Under the pieces are notes generated by a model. It searched no databases. It saw nothing but the letters and a program-made list of their open reading frames with translations, and had not been told where the DNA came from. Below are positions 10,252 to 21,550 of a stretch of DNA of 64,000 bases, one piece after another. The stretch is from NCBI GenBank assembly GCA_029261595.1, contig JAJDAZ010000012.1, positions 11,325 through 75,324 on the forward strand, in the 5' to 3' direction. Numbering within the stretch: the first letter of the stretch is position 1; every line of letters begins with the position of its first letter. This stretch comes from Nitrospinaceae bacterium. Its GTDB lineage: Bacteria > Nitrospinota > Nitrospinia > Nitrospinales > VA-1. A program made the position numbers and the translations under genes.

Positions 10252-12999
10252 ATGGAAAAGATAAAAAAGTGGTTGTTCATCCTTGCAGGCGTGGTGGTCA
10301 TTGGCTCCCTGTTTGCTGACAAAATCCTGGTTTTTTATATAGACTTGCTCTGGTTCGAAAACCTGGGATTCGAATCGGTTCTCTGGACTACCGTGGGGGC
10401 ACAATTAGGATTGGGCCTGTTGATGGCGGTTTTGTTTTTTGTGTCCACCTATTTCATTCTTCGTTCTATATATACCAGAACATCGCATCTTCCCATACTG
10501 CTCTCCGACCAGGTCAAAAGAGAGCTCCCGTTCTTAGACCTGATGGCATCGAACTTAAAGCCGCTGGTCCTTTTGGGCCCGTTGGTGATCGCCGCAATGA
10601 CCGGTTTGGTGATGTCGCAGAAGTGGGACGTGCTGTTGAAATTTTTCAGTGCCGTTCCTTTTGGCCAGGTCGATCCCGTTTTTGGCCAGGATTATTCTTT
10701 TTATCTGTTCCATCTGCCTTTATGGGTTCTGGTGAAGTCGGTCCTATGGGAAGGTCTGGTGGTGGTTTCCATCGGCGTCGGGCTGATCTATTTTTTCAAG
10801 CGCTTCGTGTACCTTGGGCCGAGTGGCGTAGTTGTTTTGCCCGAAGCGAGGCGCACCCTGCTGTTGCTTGTGATGTGTTTCTTTTTATTGATGGCGGCGG
10901 ATTTTTATTTTCAGCGCTTTGGCCTGTTGACAGAGGGCAACGGCGTGGTCGCCGGGATCAGCTTCTCGGATGACTTTGGGCGTCTCCCGCTTCTGGTCCT
11001 CATGTCGGTGGTGGCCCTTTTAGGCGCGGCTCTCAGCCTGCTAACCATGTTTTCCGGAGGGTACAAGAAAGTCGTGCTGACCGCTGCCGGTCTCGCTGTT
11101 CTTTATTTTGGCGGCAATGTGTATCCCACTATTTTACAAAAGTTCATTGTTTCCCCCAACGAGCTGATAAAAGAAACGCCTTATATCGAACACACCATCG
11201 CCGGTTCTCTCCTGGGCTATGGCCTGGACCAGACCGAGAACCATGTTCTGGAAGGGACGGCCTCCCTCACTGCGGAAAATATCAAAGCCAACGCCCCGAC
11301 CATTGAAAATATCCGGCTCTGGGACCAAGGACCTTTATTGGATACCCTGGGGCAGATTCAGGAAATTCGAACTTATTATCAATTTAATTCGGTGGACAAC
11401 GACCGATATTTGATCGACGGCGTTTATCGCCAGACTTTGTTGTCGCCCCGGGAATTGCTTTCCTCCAGTCTTCCCAACCGCACATGGATCAACGAGCACC
11501 TGACCTTCACCCACGGGTACGGGGTTTCTCTGAGCCCTGTGAATCAGGTGACGCCCGAGGGCCTTCCGGTCTTGTTGATTAAGGACATCCCCCCTCAATC
11601 CAGTGTGGATTTGACCATCACTCGTCCGGAAATTTATTATGGCGAATTGCCGAACGATCATGTTTTTGTCAATACAGGCACTAAGGAATTTGATTACCCG
11701 GAAGGGGAAAGGAATGTTTATAAAGATTATCAGGGCAAAGGCGGAGTCACCATAGGGTCATTCCTGCGCAAAGTCATATTGGCCGCGCGTTTCAAAACCA
11801 TGAAAATCCTGTTCTCCGAGGACATTGAAAATGACAGCCGGGTGCTGATGTACCGCAATATCACCGAGCGCGTACAAAAAGTGGTGCCGTTTCTAAGGTT
11901 GGACAATGATCCTTATCTGGTTATTTCCGAAGGCCGTCTGGTGTGGATTTATGACGCCTACACGGTGAGCGACCGGTTTCCCTATTCAGAAATGATTCCC
12001 AACTTCGGAAACTATGTGAGGAATTCCGTAAAAATTGCGATCGACGCTTACGAAGGGTCCATGGATTTTTATGTTTCCGATTCCAAAGATCCGATCATCC
12101 AGACTTATCGCGATATCTTTCCCAATCTATTTAAAGACCTTGAGGAGATGCCAGAAGATTTGAAAAGCCACATTCGTTATCCATCCGACCTGTTTGCGAT
12201 TCAAACCTTCATTTATGCGACTTACCATATGAAGACCCCGCAGGTGTTTTATAACAAGGAAGACCAGTGGGAGATTCCTGAGATTGATGGCAAGATTATG
12301 CAACCCTATTACACGATCATGAAACTGCCCTCCAAGGAAAAGGAAGAATACATTCTCATGCTTCCTTTCACTCCGAAGGGAAAGAGCAATCTTTCCGCGT
12401 GGATGGTGGCAAGGAGCGATGGGGACGACTACGGAAAACTGGTGGTGTATACCTTCCCAAAACAAAGACTGATTTACGGTCCCAGCCAGATCGTTGCGAG
12501 GATCAATCAGGAAGCGGAAGTTTCCCGGCAAATTTCTTTGTGGGACCAGCGCGGCTCCAGTGTCATTCAGGGAAATCTGCTGGTCATCCCAATAGAGGAA
12601 TCCCTCATTTACGTGCGCCCCTTATATCTCAAGGCGGATGCGGGAAAAATTCCTGAGCTGAAACGGGTCATAGTCGGGTATGAAGATAACATCGCTATGG
12701 AAAAAACTCTCGAGGAAGCCCTGCAAAAAATATTCGGCGGTCTCATGGGGGAAAAGGAAGGAATGGTCAGCGAAAGACCGGGACTTTCTGCCGCGTCGAT
12801 TGCAAGCGAGAAAGGCGTCGTGCTCAGCCAGTCCGATTATACAAAGATCAAGAGAATTTTTGAGCGCGTGATGGGGGCGCAGACGGAACTGGACCAATCA
12901 CTTGCCAGTTATAAAAAGGACCTGCAATCTCTTGGTGAGGTATTGGAAGAGGCTGAAGCGGGAAAGAAAGAAATCGAGAGAGCCCCTGTGGCGGAGTGA
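10252..12999 (+). CDS. UPF0182-family membrane protein
   Basis: N-terminal TM bundle with DPVFGQDYSFYLF, then NIRLWD, QEIRTYYQF, DNDRY, HLTFTHGYG, NYVRNSVK motifs. Confidence 0.88.
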   Translation: MEKIKKWLFILAGVVVIGSLFADKILVFYIDLLWFENLGFESVLWTTVGAQLGLGLLMAVLFFVSTYFILRSIYTRTSHLPILLSDQVKRELPFLDLMASNLKPLVLLGPLVIAAMTGLVMSQKWDVLLKFFSAVPFGQVDPVFGQDYSFYLFHLPLWVLVKSVLWEGLVVVSIGVGLIYFFKRFVYLGPSGVVVLPEARRTLLLLVMCFFLLMAADFYFQRFGLLTEGNGVVAGISFSDDFGRLPLLVLMSVVALLGAALSLLTMFSGGYKKVVLTAAGLAVLYFGGNVYPTILQKFIVSPNELIKETPYIEHTIAGSLLGYGLDQTENHVLEGTASLTAENIKANAPTIENIRLWDQGPLLDTLGQIQEIRTYYQFNSVDNDRYLIDGVYRQTLLSPRELLSSSLPNRTWINEHLTFTHGYGVSLSPVNQVTPEGLPVLLIKDIPPQSSVDLTITRPEIYYGELPNDHVFVNTGTKEFDYPEGERNVYKDYQGKGGVTIGSFLRKVILAARFKTMKILFSEDIENDSRVLMYRNITERVQKVVPFLRLDNDPYLVISEGRLVWIYDAYTVSDRFPYSEMIPNFGNYVRNSVKIAIDAYEGSMDFYVSDSKDPIIQTYRDIFPNLFKDLEEMPEDLKSHIRYPSDLFAIQTFIYATYHMKTPQVFYNKEDQWEIPEIDGKIMQPYYTIMKLPSKEKEEYILMLPFTPKGKSNLSAWMVARSDGDDYGKLVVYTFPKQRLIYGPSQIVARINQEAEVSRQISLWDQRGSSVIQGNLLVIPIEESLIYVRPLYLKADAGKIPELKRVIVGYEDNIAMEKTLEEALQKIFGGLMGEKEGMVSERPGLSAASIASEKGVVLSQSDYTKIKRIFERVMGAQTELDQSLASYKKDLQSLGEVLEEAEAGKKEIERAPVAE

Positions 13000-13011
13000 T
13001 GGGAAATCGAG

Positions 13012-14424
13012 TTATTGTTGCCCGGCCAGGAACAGGTTCAGTTGTTCGACGTCGGGTTTATTATCTTCTATTTTTACCGGATAATTGCCGTCAAAACAGG
13101 CGGTGCAGAAGTTATCCCGGTGATCGCTGAATACGGACAATAATTTTTCAATGCCGATATAGTGCACCGAATCAGCATCTAAAAAGTTCTTGATTCCTTC
13201 AAGGTCATATTTGGAGGCGAGCAACTCGTCTCTGTTTGGCGTGTCGATACCGTAGAAGCAGGAATGCAGTATCGGTGGAGAACTGATACGCAAATGAACT
13301 TCCTTTGCCCCCGCCTCTCGGATCATTTTCACGATTTTACGGCTGGTGGTGCCGCGCACGATCGAATCGTCTATGATCGCGACTCTTTTTCCCTCGATCA
13401 CCGGCTTGACGGCGTTCAGTTTCACCTTGACCCCAAAATGGCGTATCTGCGATTGCGGTTCGATGAACGTCCGCCCCACGTAATGATTGCGAATGAGGCC
13501 CATGTCAAAAGGAATTCCCGATTCCTCGGAAAATCCCAGTGCGGAAATCACTCCTGAGTCCGGGACGGGAACGATCAGGTCCACATCAGCGGGATACTCC
13601 TGCGCCAGAGCCCGGCCCATGGCTTTTCGGCTCTCATAAACGGATTGGTTGAACAGAAAACTGTCCGGCCTGGAAAAATAAATGTGCTCAAAAACGCATT
13701 GCTTGGTCGGCGTTTTCTGGAACGGGAAATAGGAGGTCAACCCATCTTTATTGATGAGCAGTAACTCTCCCGGTTCAATTTCGCGGATGAATTCCCCTTC
13801 GATCAAATCGAAGACACAGGATTCGGAAGCGACAATGTAGGACCCATCGAGTTTTCCCAGACACAGGGGGCGAAAACCATGTGGGTCGCGGGCGGCGACG
13901 AGTTCATCTTCCGTCATCAGGAGGAGGGAATACGCTCCTTTCACCTGTTTCAAAGCGGTTGCCGCGCGGTCGGCAAAACTCTCATCCTTAGCCTGGGCCA
14001 TTAAATGAACGACGACTTCGCTGTCATTGGTGGACGTGAATATGGCCCCAGTAGAGACGAGTTCCTTTCGGATAGAGTTGGCATTGACAAGATTGCCATT
14101 ATGGGCTAATGCCAGCGATCCTTCCGAATAGTTGATCAGGCACGGCTGGGCGTTGTGCACGGCACTGTCACCGGCAGTGGAATAGCGGTTGTGGCCCAGA
14201 GCCATATGACCATTGAGCCTTTGCAGGCGGTCGTCATTAAACACATCCGCCACTTTCCCCATGCCAACTTCCAGGTGCAGTTTTCCCTCGTGGCTGGAAA
14301 CGATGCCCGCGCTTTCCTGACCCCGGTGTTGTAGCGAATAAAGCCCCAGGTAAGCCAGATTGGCGGCTTCCGGGTGATCAAAAATGCCAACGACCCCACA
14401 TTCATCATGAAACTTGTCTAGCAT
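13012..14424 (-). CDS. purF: Amidophosphoribosyltransferase
   Basis: ECGVVG N-terminal nucleophile after a short propeptide, [23 protein letters not shown]. Confidence 0.97.
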   Translation of the reverse strand: MLDKFHDECGVVGIFDHPEAANLAYLGLYSLQHRGQESAGIVSSHEGKLHLEVGMGKVADVFNDDRLQRLNGHMALGHNRYSTAGDSAVHNAQPCLINYSEGSLALAHNGNLVNANSIRKELVSTGAIFTSTNDSEVVVHLMAQAKDESFADRAATALKQVKGAYSLLLMTEDELVAARDPHGFRPLCLGKLDGSYIVASESCVFDLIEGEFIREIEPGELLLINKDGLTSYFPFQKTPTKQCVFEHIYFSRPDSFLFNQSVYESRKAMGRALAQEYPADVDLIVPVPDSGVISALGFSEESGIPFDMGLIRNHYVGRTFIEPQSQIRHFGVKVKLNAVKPVIEGKRVAIIDDSIVRGTTSRKIVKMIREAGAKEVHLRISSPPILHSCFYGIDTPNRDELLASKYDLEGIKNFLDADSVHYIGIEKLLSVFSDHRDNFCTACFDGNYPVKIEDNKPDVEQLNLFLAGQQ

Positions 14425-16660
14425 AATCCCCTATGAGGTTTTTCCAGATATTTTTCAAGGCCTGAATCTCCTGATGGATGAATTCATCGCCATTGATATT
14501 TACGGTGAAGCGGGAACCCCCCACCCGACCGATAATAGCAAACGGAACCTCATTTTTCCTCGCCATCCGGGCGATGGATTCTCCCTTCCCTTCCGCGAAG
14601 GAAATAAGAATTCGGGACTGAGATTCTCCAAACAATAAAGCGTCTTTTCTGAGAGTCGATTCCAGGTTCAATGTCGCGCCAAGAGCCTTTTCGGGTCCGG
14701 TGATGCAGGACTCCACAGCCGCAACCGCCATCCCGCCATCGGAACAATCGTGGGCGGATTGAATCCACTTGCCTCGAATCAACTCCAGACAAAACTCCTG
14801 AACCGACCGTTCCTGCTTTTTGTCCAACTGCGGGGGTTTTCCCTGGCACCTTTCAAACATCTGCTTCAGATATTCACTGCCTGAAATTTCCTCGAGAGTC
14901 AGACCGATGAGCCCGATCGCGTCCCCGGAATTTTTAAACCATTGGGTGCAATGGTTTTCCAGATTTTCCAGGAGCCCCACCACCGCAACCGTGGGGGTGG
15001 GGAATATGGCCTTGCCTTTGGTCTCATTATAGAGACTGACATTGCCGCTGACCACAGGAATGTCAAAAAACTTGCAGGCTTCGGCAATTCCCAGCACCGC
15101 CTGTTCAAACTGCCACATGATTTCCGGTTTTTCAGGATTGCCAAAATTCAGGCAATTCGTCAGTCCGATCGGCGTGCCTCCGGAACAGACGATATTGCGG
15201 GCACATTCGGCGACGGCGATTTGCGCTCCCCAAAAGGGATCGAGATAACAATAGCGGCTGTTGCAATCCACCGAGAGCGCTACGGCCTTGCTGGAATCCG
15301 GGATGCGCATGACGGCGGCATCGGACCCCGGCAAAACCAGCGTGTTGAGGCGCACCATATGGTCATATTGTTCGTACACCCATTCCTTGCTGGAAATATT
15401 GGGAGCCCCCAACAGTTTGATGAGCGCCTCATCGCCACGCGGCGGCTCGGCAAGTTCGGTCAGGTCGAGGTGCTGAACCTCGCTCAGATATTGCGGTTTG
15501 CTTTTGGGGCGTTTGAGGTTGAGAGCGCCCTCCACAACTGGTGAAATGGGCAGGTTGACCACTTCCTTCCCTTGGTAATTGATGCGGACCACTGGAGACT
15601 CGATCACCTGTCCGACGACGGCGCCATCGAGACCCCATTTGTCCAGAATCGCCAGCGCTTCATTTTCATGACCCTTTTTGACGACGAACAACATGCGTTC
15701 CTGGGATTCGGACAGCAGGATCTCATATGCCGTCATTCCCTCTTCCCGGAGGGGAACCTGGGAAAGATCGAATTCAATGCCGGTTCCGGAATTGCCCGCC
15801 ATTTCAAAAGAAGAGGAAGTCAACCCTGCCGCTCCCATGTCCTGCACGCCGATGACCCAGTCTTTTTTAAACAATTCCAGGCAGGTCTCGATAAGGAGTT
15901 TTTCAGTGAACGGGTCCCCCACCTGCACGGTGGGCCGCTTATCTTCAGTGGTTTCGTCAAATTCCGAAGAGGCGAGCAAACTGGCTCCGTGGATTCCATC
16001 TCGGCCCGTTTTGGCGCCGACGTAGATCACAGGGTTGCCCACGCCGCCGGCCTTGGCCAGGAAAATTTTGTCCGTTTGGACTAATCCTAAACAAAACGCG
16101 TTGACCAGGATGTTGCCGTTGTAGCAGGCGTCAAAATAGATTTCCCCACCCACGGTCGGAACGCCGGTGCAGTTGCCGTAACTGGAAATGCCATCGACCA
16201 CGCCGTTGAGCAGGTACCGGGTGCGCGGGTCGCTAAGGTCGCCGAACCGCAAGGAATTTAACAGGGCGATGGGGCGTGCGCCCATGGTGAAAATATCGCG
16301 CATGATGCCGCCGACGCCTGTTGCCGCCCCCTGATGCGGTTCGATGAAAGAGGGGTGGTTGTGGCTTTCAATTTTAAAGACCACCGCCTGCCCGTCGCCG
16401 ATATCGACCACGCCGGCGTTTTCGCCGGGGCCCTGAAGAACCCGGGGTCCCTCTGTGGGCAGTTGTTTTAAGTAGGGCCGTGAACTTTTATAACTGCAAT
16501 GTTCGCTCCACATGACTGAAAATATCCCAAGTTCCGTGAAGTTGGGCGCCCGCCCGATCAGGTCCACAATGCGTTTGTATTCCTGCACGGTCAAGCCGTG
16601 TTGCGCCACCACATCGGGGGTGACTTCAGGAAGCGCCTCGGATTTCTTTGATTTCGGCAC
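14405..16660 (-). CDS. purL: Phosphoribosylformylglycinamidine synthase subunit PurL
   Basis: [39 protein letters not shown]. Start placed at GTG 16660 to avoid overlapping purQ. Confidence 0.96.
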   Translation of the reverse strand: MPKSKKSEALPEVTPDVVAQHGLTVQEYKRIVDLIGRAPNFTELGIFSVMWSEHCSYKSSRPYLKQLPTEGPRVLQGPGENAGVVDIGDGQAVVFKIESHNHPSFIEPHQGAATGVGGIMRDIFTMGARPIALLNSLRFGDLSDPRTRYLLNGVVDGISSYGNCTGVPTVGGEIYFDACYNGNILVNAFCLGLVQTDKIFLAKAGGVGNPVIYVGAKTGRDGIHGASLLASSEFDETTEDKRPTVQVGDPFTEKLLIETCLELFKKDWVIGVQDMGAAGLTSSSFEMAGNSGTGIEFDLSQVPLREEGMTAYEILLSESQERMLFVVKKGHENEALAILDKWGLDGAVVGQVIESPVVRINYQGKEVVNLPISPVVEGALNLKRPKSKPQYLSEVQHLDLTELAEPPRGDEALIKLLGAPNISSKEWVYEQYDHMVRLNTLVLPGSDAAVMRIPDSSKAVALSVDCNSRYCYLDPFWGAQIAVAECARNIVCSGGTPIGLTNCLNFGNPEKPEIMWQFEQAVLGIAEACKFFDIPVVSGNVSLYNETKGKAIFPTPTVAVVGLLENLENHCTQWFKNSGDAIGLIGLTLEEISGSEYLKQMFERCQGKPPQLDKKQERSVQEFCLELIRGKWIQSAHDCSDGGMAVAAVESCITGPEKALGATLNLESTLRKDALLFGESQSRILISFAEGKGESIARMARKNEVPFAIIGRVGGSRFTVNINGDEFIHQEIQALKNIWKNLIGDYARQVS

Positions 16661-16668
16661 GGTTTGGG

Positions 16669-17358
16669 TCAGAAGGATTGGATGAGTGATTTGAAAATAA
16701 GTTGGCCGTCCTGATCGGGCCAAAGTGGGTCTGCCGAACGCTCCGGGTGCGGCATCATGCCAAAAACATTTTTTTTCTCATTGGCCACGCCTGCGATGTT
16801 ATCCATGGACCCGTTAGGATTTGACGCCTCGGAAACGGTACCTCCGGGCTCGCAGTATTTGAGAACGATCTGCTGATTATCCTGCATGGCTTTTAAGGTA
16901 TCTTCCTGAGCAAAATAGCGGCCTCCGTGATGGGCGATGGGAATTCTCAGGATCGGCCGCTCCCGGCACAGACTGGTGAACGGGGTGTCGGTTGATTCCA
17001 CACGGGTGAAAACCGGTTTGCAGATGAATTTCTGCCACCGGTTCTGCATGAGCGCGCCCGGCAGAAGACCCGACTCGACCAGGATCTGGAATCCGTTGCA
17101 AATCCCCAGAACCTTGCCCCCTTTTTGGGCGTAACGCACCACGGCTTTCATGACCGGGGAAAAACGGGAGATGGCTCCGGCTCTCAAGTAATCGCCGTAG
17201 GAAAATCCTCCGGGGAGAACCACGAAATCAAAGGCATCGAGGTCGGCGCTGTCTTTATGCCATACCCATTCGGTATCGAGCTCAAAAATGTGCTTGAGGA
17301 TATGGTAACAGTCGTGGTCGCAATTCGATCCTGGAAACACAACGACGCCGCATTTCAT
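16669..17358 (-). CDS. purQ: Phosphoribosylformylglycinamidine synthase subunit PurQ
   Basis: [32 protein letters not shown]. Confidence 0.97.
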   Translation of the reverse strand: MKCGVVVFPGSNCDHDCYHILKHIFELDTEWVWHKDSADLDAFDFVVLPGGFSYGDYLRAGAISRFSPVMKAVVRYAQKGGKVLGICNGFQILVESGLLPGALMQNRWQKFICKPVFTRVESTDTPFTSLCRERPILRIPIAHHGGRYFAQEDTLKAMQDNQQIVLKYCEPGGTVSEASNPNGSMDNIAGVANEKKNVFGMMPHPERSADPLWPDQDGQLIFKSLIQSF

Positions 17359-17383
17359 AGGATTTGTTCAGAAAAAGGAATCA

Positions 17384-17632
17384 TCATTCCGTGGGAGACA
17401 GGGTGTAGCGGTAGGACTCGATCACCGTATTGGCCAACAATTTTTCGCACATTTCCCGGACCCGGTCCTTCGCGTTTTCTTCGGAAAGGCCCTTAAGATG
17501 GACTTCCATGTATTTGCCCACGGTCACCTGTTTGACCTCGTTATAGCCAAGGTCGGTGAGGGCATGATGAACGGCCTGACCCTGTGTGTCCAGAACGCCT
17601 TTTTTGTATGTCACGTGAATTTTTGCCAGCAT
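17384..17632 (-). CDS. purS: Phosphoribosylformylglycinamidine synthase subunit PurS
   Basis: 82 aa with VLDTQG and KLLANTVIE motifs; first gene of purSQLF. Confidence 0.95.
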   Translation of the reverse strand: MLAKIHVTYKKGVLDTQGQAVHHALTDLGYNEVKQVTVGKYMEVHLKGLSEENAKDRVREMCEKLLANTVIESYRYTLSPTE

Positions 17633-17801
17633 GGTGTCGAGAGATTAACATAGAACCCGGAAAAATCCATAAGGGATTTCTGAAAAGAAAAAGATCCCAC
17701 GCGCAGGTTTTGACCGCGGGAATATTTTGTGATAAACGAGAGTGGATATTAGCTTAACCAGAGTCCCGTTTTTTTCCTCGTGAGTTTCTCCTTCCAACCC
17801 A

Positions 17802-19334
17802 ATGAACCTGAAATCACTTATCAACTGGAGCCCTGATTCCAAAGGAAAAAAACGCTGGCTGGTTTTTTTGTTTTTCCTGTCCGTTTACCTTTTCACAGGG
17901 CAGGGGTCGATTCAATCTGCAGATGGCAAGATCATGTATCTGCTCACGCAAAGCATGGTGGAAGACCAGAGCATGAGTTTCACCGAGCGGGTCAGCCAGG
18001 GCGATGCGGAAGGGGAGAAGTTTTCCAAATACGGCATTGGCATGAGTTTGCTGGCGGTGCCGTTTTATATAGCGGGAAAGGCGTTGTCTGCGGTGCTTCC
18101 TGTGCCCTCGTCTTACGCAACTTTGTTCTGCGTCAGCATGATCAACGCTTTGATCACCGCCCTCAGCTGTCTGCTCCTGTACTGCTTCGGTTGTGAGCGG
18201 TTTGGTTTTTCGCATCGGACCTCCGTCCTGCTGGCATTGGGCTACGGGTTGACCACCATCGCCTGGTTTTATTCCGAAGACTTCATGAGCGAACCGGCCA
18301 CGTCTTGGTTCATGCTGAGCGCGGTTTATGTATTGACCCAGGACGACGGGGTCCAGAATAAACGCACCCTTCTGTTGGCCGGGGGGTTGCTTGGGTTGGC
18401 CTTGACCTGCCGGTTGGCCACGCTGGTCGCGGTTCCCGGCTTCCTGATTTACCTGGCATTGGCTCGGGGCAAGGTGCAACTGTTTAATATCAAGGACTTT
18501 GTTTCAGATGCGGTGAGGTTTCTTCTCCCCATAGCCGGTGTGATTTGCCTCATCTTTTTATACAATTACGTGCGGTTTCAGGATTTCTTTGAGACCGGGT
18601 ACGAAAAAGGATTTGGAACCGGCGGATGGACCGGATTCATCGGAATTCTCTTCTCACCCGGGAAGTCGGTCTTTTTATACAATCCTCTGCTGTTGATCGG
18701 CTGTCTGGCTTGGCCGGTGTTTTTTAAAAACAACCGCAAAATGTCCCTTCTTTTTGGATGGATCGTTCTGATCCACCTGGTGCTTTTTTCGTTCTGGCAC
18801 AGCTGGTACGGAGGGTCGGGCTGGGGGCCTCGGTTGATGCTGGTGGTGTTTCCTTATTTGATCCTGCCTGTGGGGTTTCTTTTGGAAAGACCTGGTAGAA
18901 AGGCAAAAGCAGGAATCGCGGCGGTCCTGATTCTGGGTTTTTTGATCCAAATCCCATCGGTGACAGTCAATATTTCCCGTTACTATTATGATTTGCGCCA
19001 GCAATATAAGGAGGAGGCCCACGACATGCTTGTGTATTCGCCCGCGCATTCTCCCCTCATCGGTCAGGTCCAACAGGTCGTCAAAGTGTTCAATCGCTTG
19101 CAGGACAAAGAGTTTATGGACCGATTGGTGGACCATGCCCGGGCGGGGAAAAAATTCCTCGGGACTTCGGATGCCGAAGTTCTGGAAAAGGGCCTTGCAG
19201 TGAATGCGCCCAACTTCTGGTGGTATTTCATGTATTTGTTCGGATATTCCGCCGCCCTCACATTTTTCCCGGCAATTGTTCTCTTGTTCCTTGGCCTGAT
19301 TTGCGGTTATAAGTTATATGCCCATGAAAAATGA
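17802..19334 (+). CDS. Multi-pass membrane glycosyltransferase-like protein (GT-C fold)
   Basis: About 10+ TM helices; SKYGIGMS, SEP, SPGKSVFLYNP, WYGGSGWGPR motifs. Confidence 0.65.
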   Translation: MNLKSLINWSPDSKGKKRWLVFLFFLSVYLFTGQGSIQSADGKIMYLLTQSMVEDQSMSFTERVSQGDAEGEKFSKYGIGMSLLAVPFYIAGKALSAVLPVPSSYATLFCVSMINALITALSCLLLYCFGCERFGFSHRTSVLLALGYGLTTIAWFYSEDFMSEPATSWFMLSAVYVLTQDDGVQNKRTLLLAGGLLGLALTCRLATLVAVPGFLIYLALARGKVQLFNIKDFVSDAVRFLLPIAGVICLIFLYNYVRFQDFFETGYEKGFGTGGWTGFIGILFSPGKSVFLYNPLLLIGCLAWPVFFKNNRKMSLLFGWIVLIHLVLFSFWHSWYGGSGWGPRLMLVVFPYLILPVGFLLERPGRKAKAGIAAVLILGFLIQIPSVTVNISRYYYDLRQQYKEEAHDMLVYSPAHSPLIGQVQQVVKVFNRLQDKEFMDRLVDHARAGKKFLGTSDAEVLEKGLAVNAPNFWWYFMYLFGYSAALTFFPAIVLLFLGLICGYKLYAHEK

Positions 19335-19405
19335 GTGAGTAAAATACGGAGGAAGTTTTTGGGTCAGAAACTCCTCCTTTCACGTAAATAAAAGAAAAAT
19401 TTGCC

Positions 19406-21544
19406 ATGAAAAACAGATGGAATGATAACGACGCCGAAAAGGCGATAAAAACTTATCAGGATGTTTCAGAAGACCTTGCGCTGAGAGTGTATACCTCGCG
19501 TCTGATCGGCGCCGACCCGGCTCTGGTCCTGCACGGTGGCGGCAACACCTCCATCAAGTCGTCGGCAAAAAACCGGGTGGGGGAGGCGGTCTCCACCCTG
19601 TTCGTCAAGGGCAGTGGATGGGATCTGGATACGATCGAGCCGCCGGGCCTGCCGGGGGTCAAGCTGGACCCCCTCATCAAGCTAAGGCAGTTGGACCGTC
19701 TCAGTGACGAAGACATGGTCAACGAGCAACGCATTAATTTATTAAATGCATCGTCGCCCAACCCTTCAGTAGAGACCCTGCTACACGCCTTTTTGCCGCA
19801 CAAATTCGTCGATCATTCCCACGCCGATTCGATTCTGGTGATCGCCAACCAACCGAACTCGGAAGAAATCTGCCGGGAAATTTATGGCGACACCTTCGCG
19901 CTGGTTTCCTACATCATGCCGGGGTTCCTGCTGGCCAAGGCGGCGGCCCAAGCCTATGAGAAAAATCCCAATGTGCGTGGGCTCGTCCTGATCAATCATG
20001 GTCTGTTTACTTTTGCCGAGACCGCGAAGGAGAGTTATGACCGTCATATTGAGGCCGTGACTCAGGCGGAGGAATTCATCGCCGGGAAAAAGCCGAAAAT
20101 TCTTACGCCATTAAATGGATCGAAACCTGCACTCAAGGAGGCAGAAATTTTTTCCAGAGTCGCGCCGGTGTTGCGCGGATTGTATGCATGCAAGACCGGC
20201 GTTTCCTGGACGGTGCATCATCGTGAGGATGCCTCCGCTCTGGAGTTTGCTTCCAGTAAAGAATGCGCCTCCTGGTCGCAGATCGGCACCGTCACCCCGG
20301 ATCATGTCATTCGCACCAAACAAAAACCCTTGTTACTGAACCCCAAATGTTTGGATAATCCGGGCGAACTTTGGGAAGAAGTTTCCGGGGCATTGGATGC
20401 GTATAGTGAAGATTATCATCACTACTTTGAAACCAACAAGAAGGCCAAGGAGGTGGCTCCGAAGGAGAAGAGTTCGAACCAAAACCAAGAAGCGCCGCAC
20501 GTCGTGAGCAAACTCGCCCCACGCGGAGTGGTGGAGAAAAAAGAGCTCGACCCGCTCCCACGGGTGATCCTGCTGGCAGGCGTGGGTCTCGTCACCCTGG
20601 GCAAGACGGTCAAGGAAACCGGAATCTCGGCGGACCTCTACCAGCACACGATCGACGTCATTCACAAAGCCTTTTCGGTCGGGCAATACACCCCGCTCAA
20701 GGAGGATGATCTTTTCGATATGGAGTACTGGTCGCTGGAGCAGGCGAAGCTTGGGAAAAGCCAGCCCAAAAAATTGCAGGGCAAAGTTGTGGCCATCTCA
20801 GGAGCGGCGTCCGGCATTGGTCTCGCCACCGCGAGACTATTCGCCACGCACGGTGCCAATTTGTTTTTGATTGATCGCGATGGTGAACAACTCAAAGCCG
20901 CCGAAGCGGGTCTCAAAAAAGACCTGAAAGCAAGCGTCGTCACGCAGGCAGTGGATGTGACAGACGACCAGGCCATTGCCAAGGCTTTCGATCATCTGAC
21001 AGCAACCTTTGGTGGGCTGGATATGCTGATCTCAAACGCCGGCAACGCCATGCAGGGACGGATCGGCGATGTCGGGGCGGATGAACTTAGAAAAAGTTTC
21101 GACCTTAATTTCTTCGCCCATCAGGCCCTGGCATCCCAGGCGGTGAAACTGTTTCTCGCCCAGCGCACCGGCGGAGTACTGCTTTTCAACGCGTCCAAGG
21201 CGGCTTTTAATCCGGGCAAAAATTTCGGCCCGTACGCGCTCCCTAAATCCGCCGTGGTGGCTCTCACCAAACAATACGCCCTGGATTATGGCAAGGATGG
21301 AATACGAGCCAACGCCGTGAACGCCGACCGCGTACGCACGGGGCTGTTCACCAGCGACGTCATCAAGGAACGATCCGCCGCGCGCGGCCTGACGCCGGAC
21401 GATTATTTCAAAAATAATCTGCTGGAAAAAGAAGTGTTCGACACCGACGTGGCGCAGGGTTTCTTAGATCTTGCCCTGGCGGAAAAAACCACCGGAAGTG
21501 TCATCACCATAGACGGCGGCAACATCGCCGCCAGCCCAAGGTGA
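19406..21544 (+). CDS. Bifunctional class II aldolase / short-chain dehydrogenase
   Basis: LVLHGGGNTS, PSVETLLH, HSHAD, TPDHVIRTK; C-terminal SDR with GAASGIG, NASK and YALPK. Confidence 0.9.
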   Translation: MKNRWNDNDAEKAIKTYQDVSEDLALRVYTSRLIGADPALVLHGGGNTSIKSSAKNRVGEAVSTLFVKGSGWDLDTIEPPGLPGVKLDPLIKLRQLDRLSDEDMVNEQRINLLNASSPNPSVETLLHAFLPHKFVDHSHADSILVIANQPNSEEICREIYGDTFALVSYIMPGFLLAKAAAQAYEKNPNVRGLVLINHGLFTFAETAKESYDRHIEAVTQAEEFIAGKKPKILTPLNGSKPALKEAEIFSRVAPVLRGLYACKTGVSWTVHHREDASALEFASSKECASWSQIGTVTPDHVIRTKQKPLLLNPKCLDNPGELWEEVSGALDAYSEDYHHYFETNKKAKEVAPKEKSSNQNQEAPHVVSKLAPRGVVEKKELDPLPRVILLAGVGLVTLGKTVKETGISADLYQHTIDVIHKAFSVGQYTPLKEDDLFDMEYWSLEQAKLGKSQPKKLQGKVVAISGAASGIGLATARLFATHGANLFLIDRDGEQLKAAEAGLKKDLKASVVTQAVDVTDDQAIAKAFDHLTATFGGLDMLISNAGNAMQGRIGDVGADELRKSFDLNFFAHQALASQAVKLFLAQRTGGVLLFNASKAAFNPGKNFGPYALPKSAVVALTKQYALDYGKDGIRANAVNADRVRTGLFTSDVIKERSAARGLTPDDYFKNNLLEKEVFDTDVAQGFLDLALAEKTTGSVITIDGGNIAASPR
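20452..20534. mobile_element. Putative in-frame miniature insertion (73 bp plus 5 bp target duplication GGTGG) inside the aldolase/SDR gene
   Basis: GGTGG at 20452-20456 and 20530-20534 (78 bp apart = 26 codons). Insert begins CTCCG and ends CGGAG(T), and contains tcgtgagc and ctcgccccac motifs shared with family A. Confidence 0.55.
21478..21544 (+). repeat. Direct repeat copy 1: 3' end of the aldolase/SDR gene
   Basis: ggcggaaaaaaccaccggaagtgtcatcaccatagacggcggcaacatcgccgccagcccaaggtga; second copy at 22098-22164 with about 8 mismatches in 67 nt. Confidence 0.85.
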
Positions 21545-21550
21545 ACTCCC

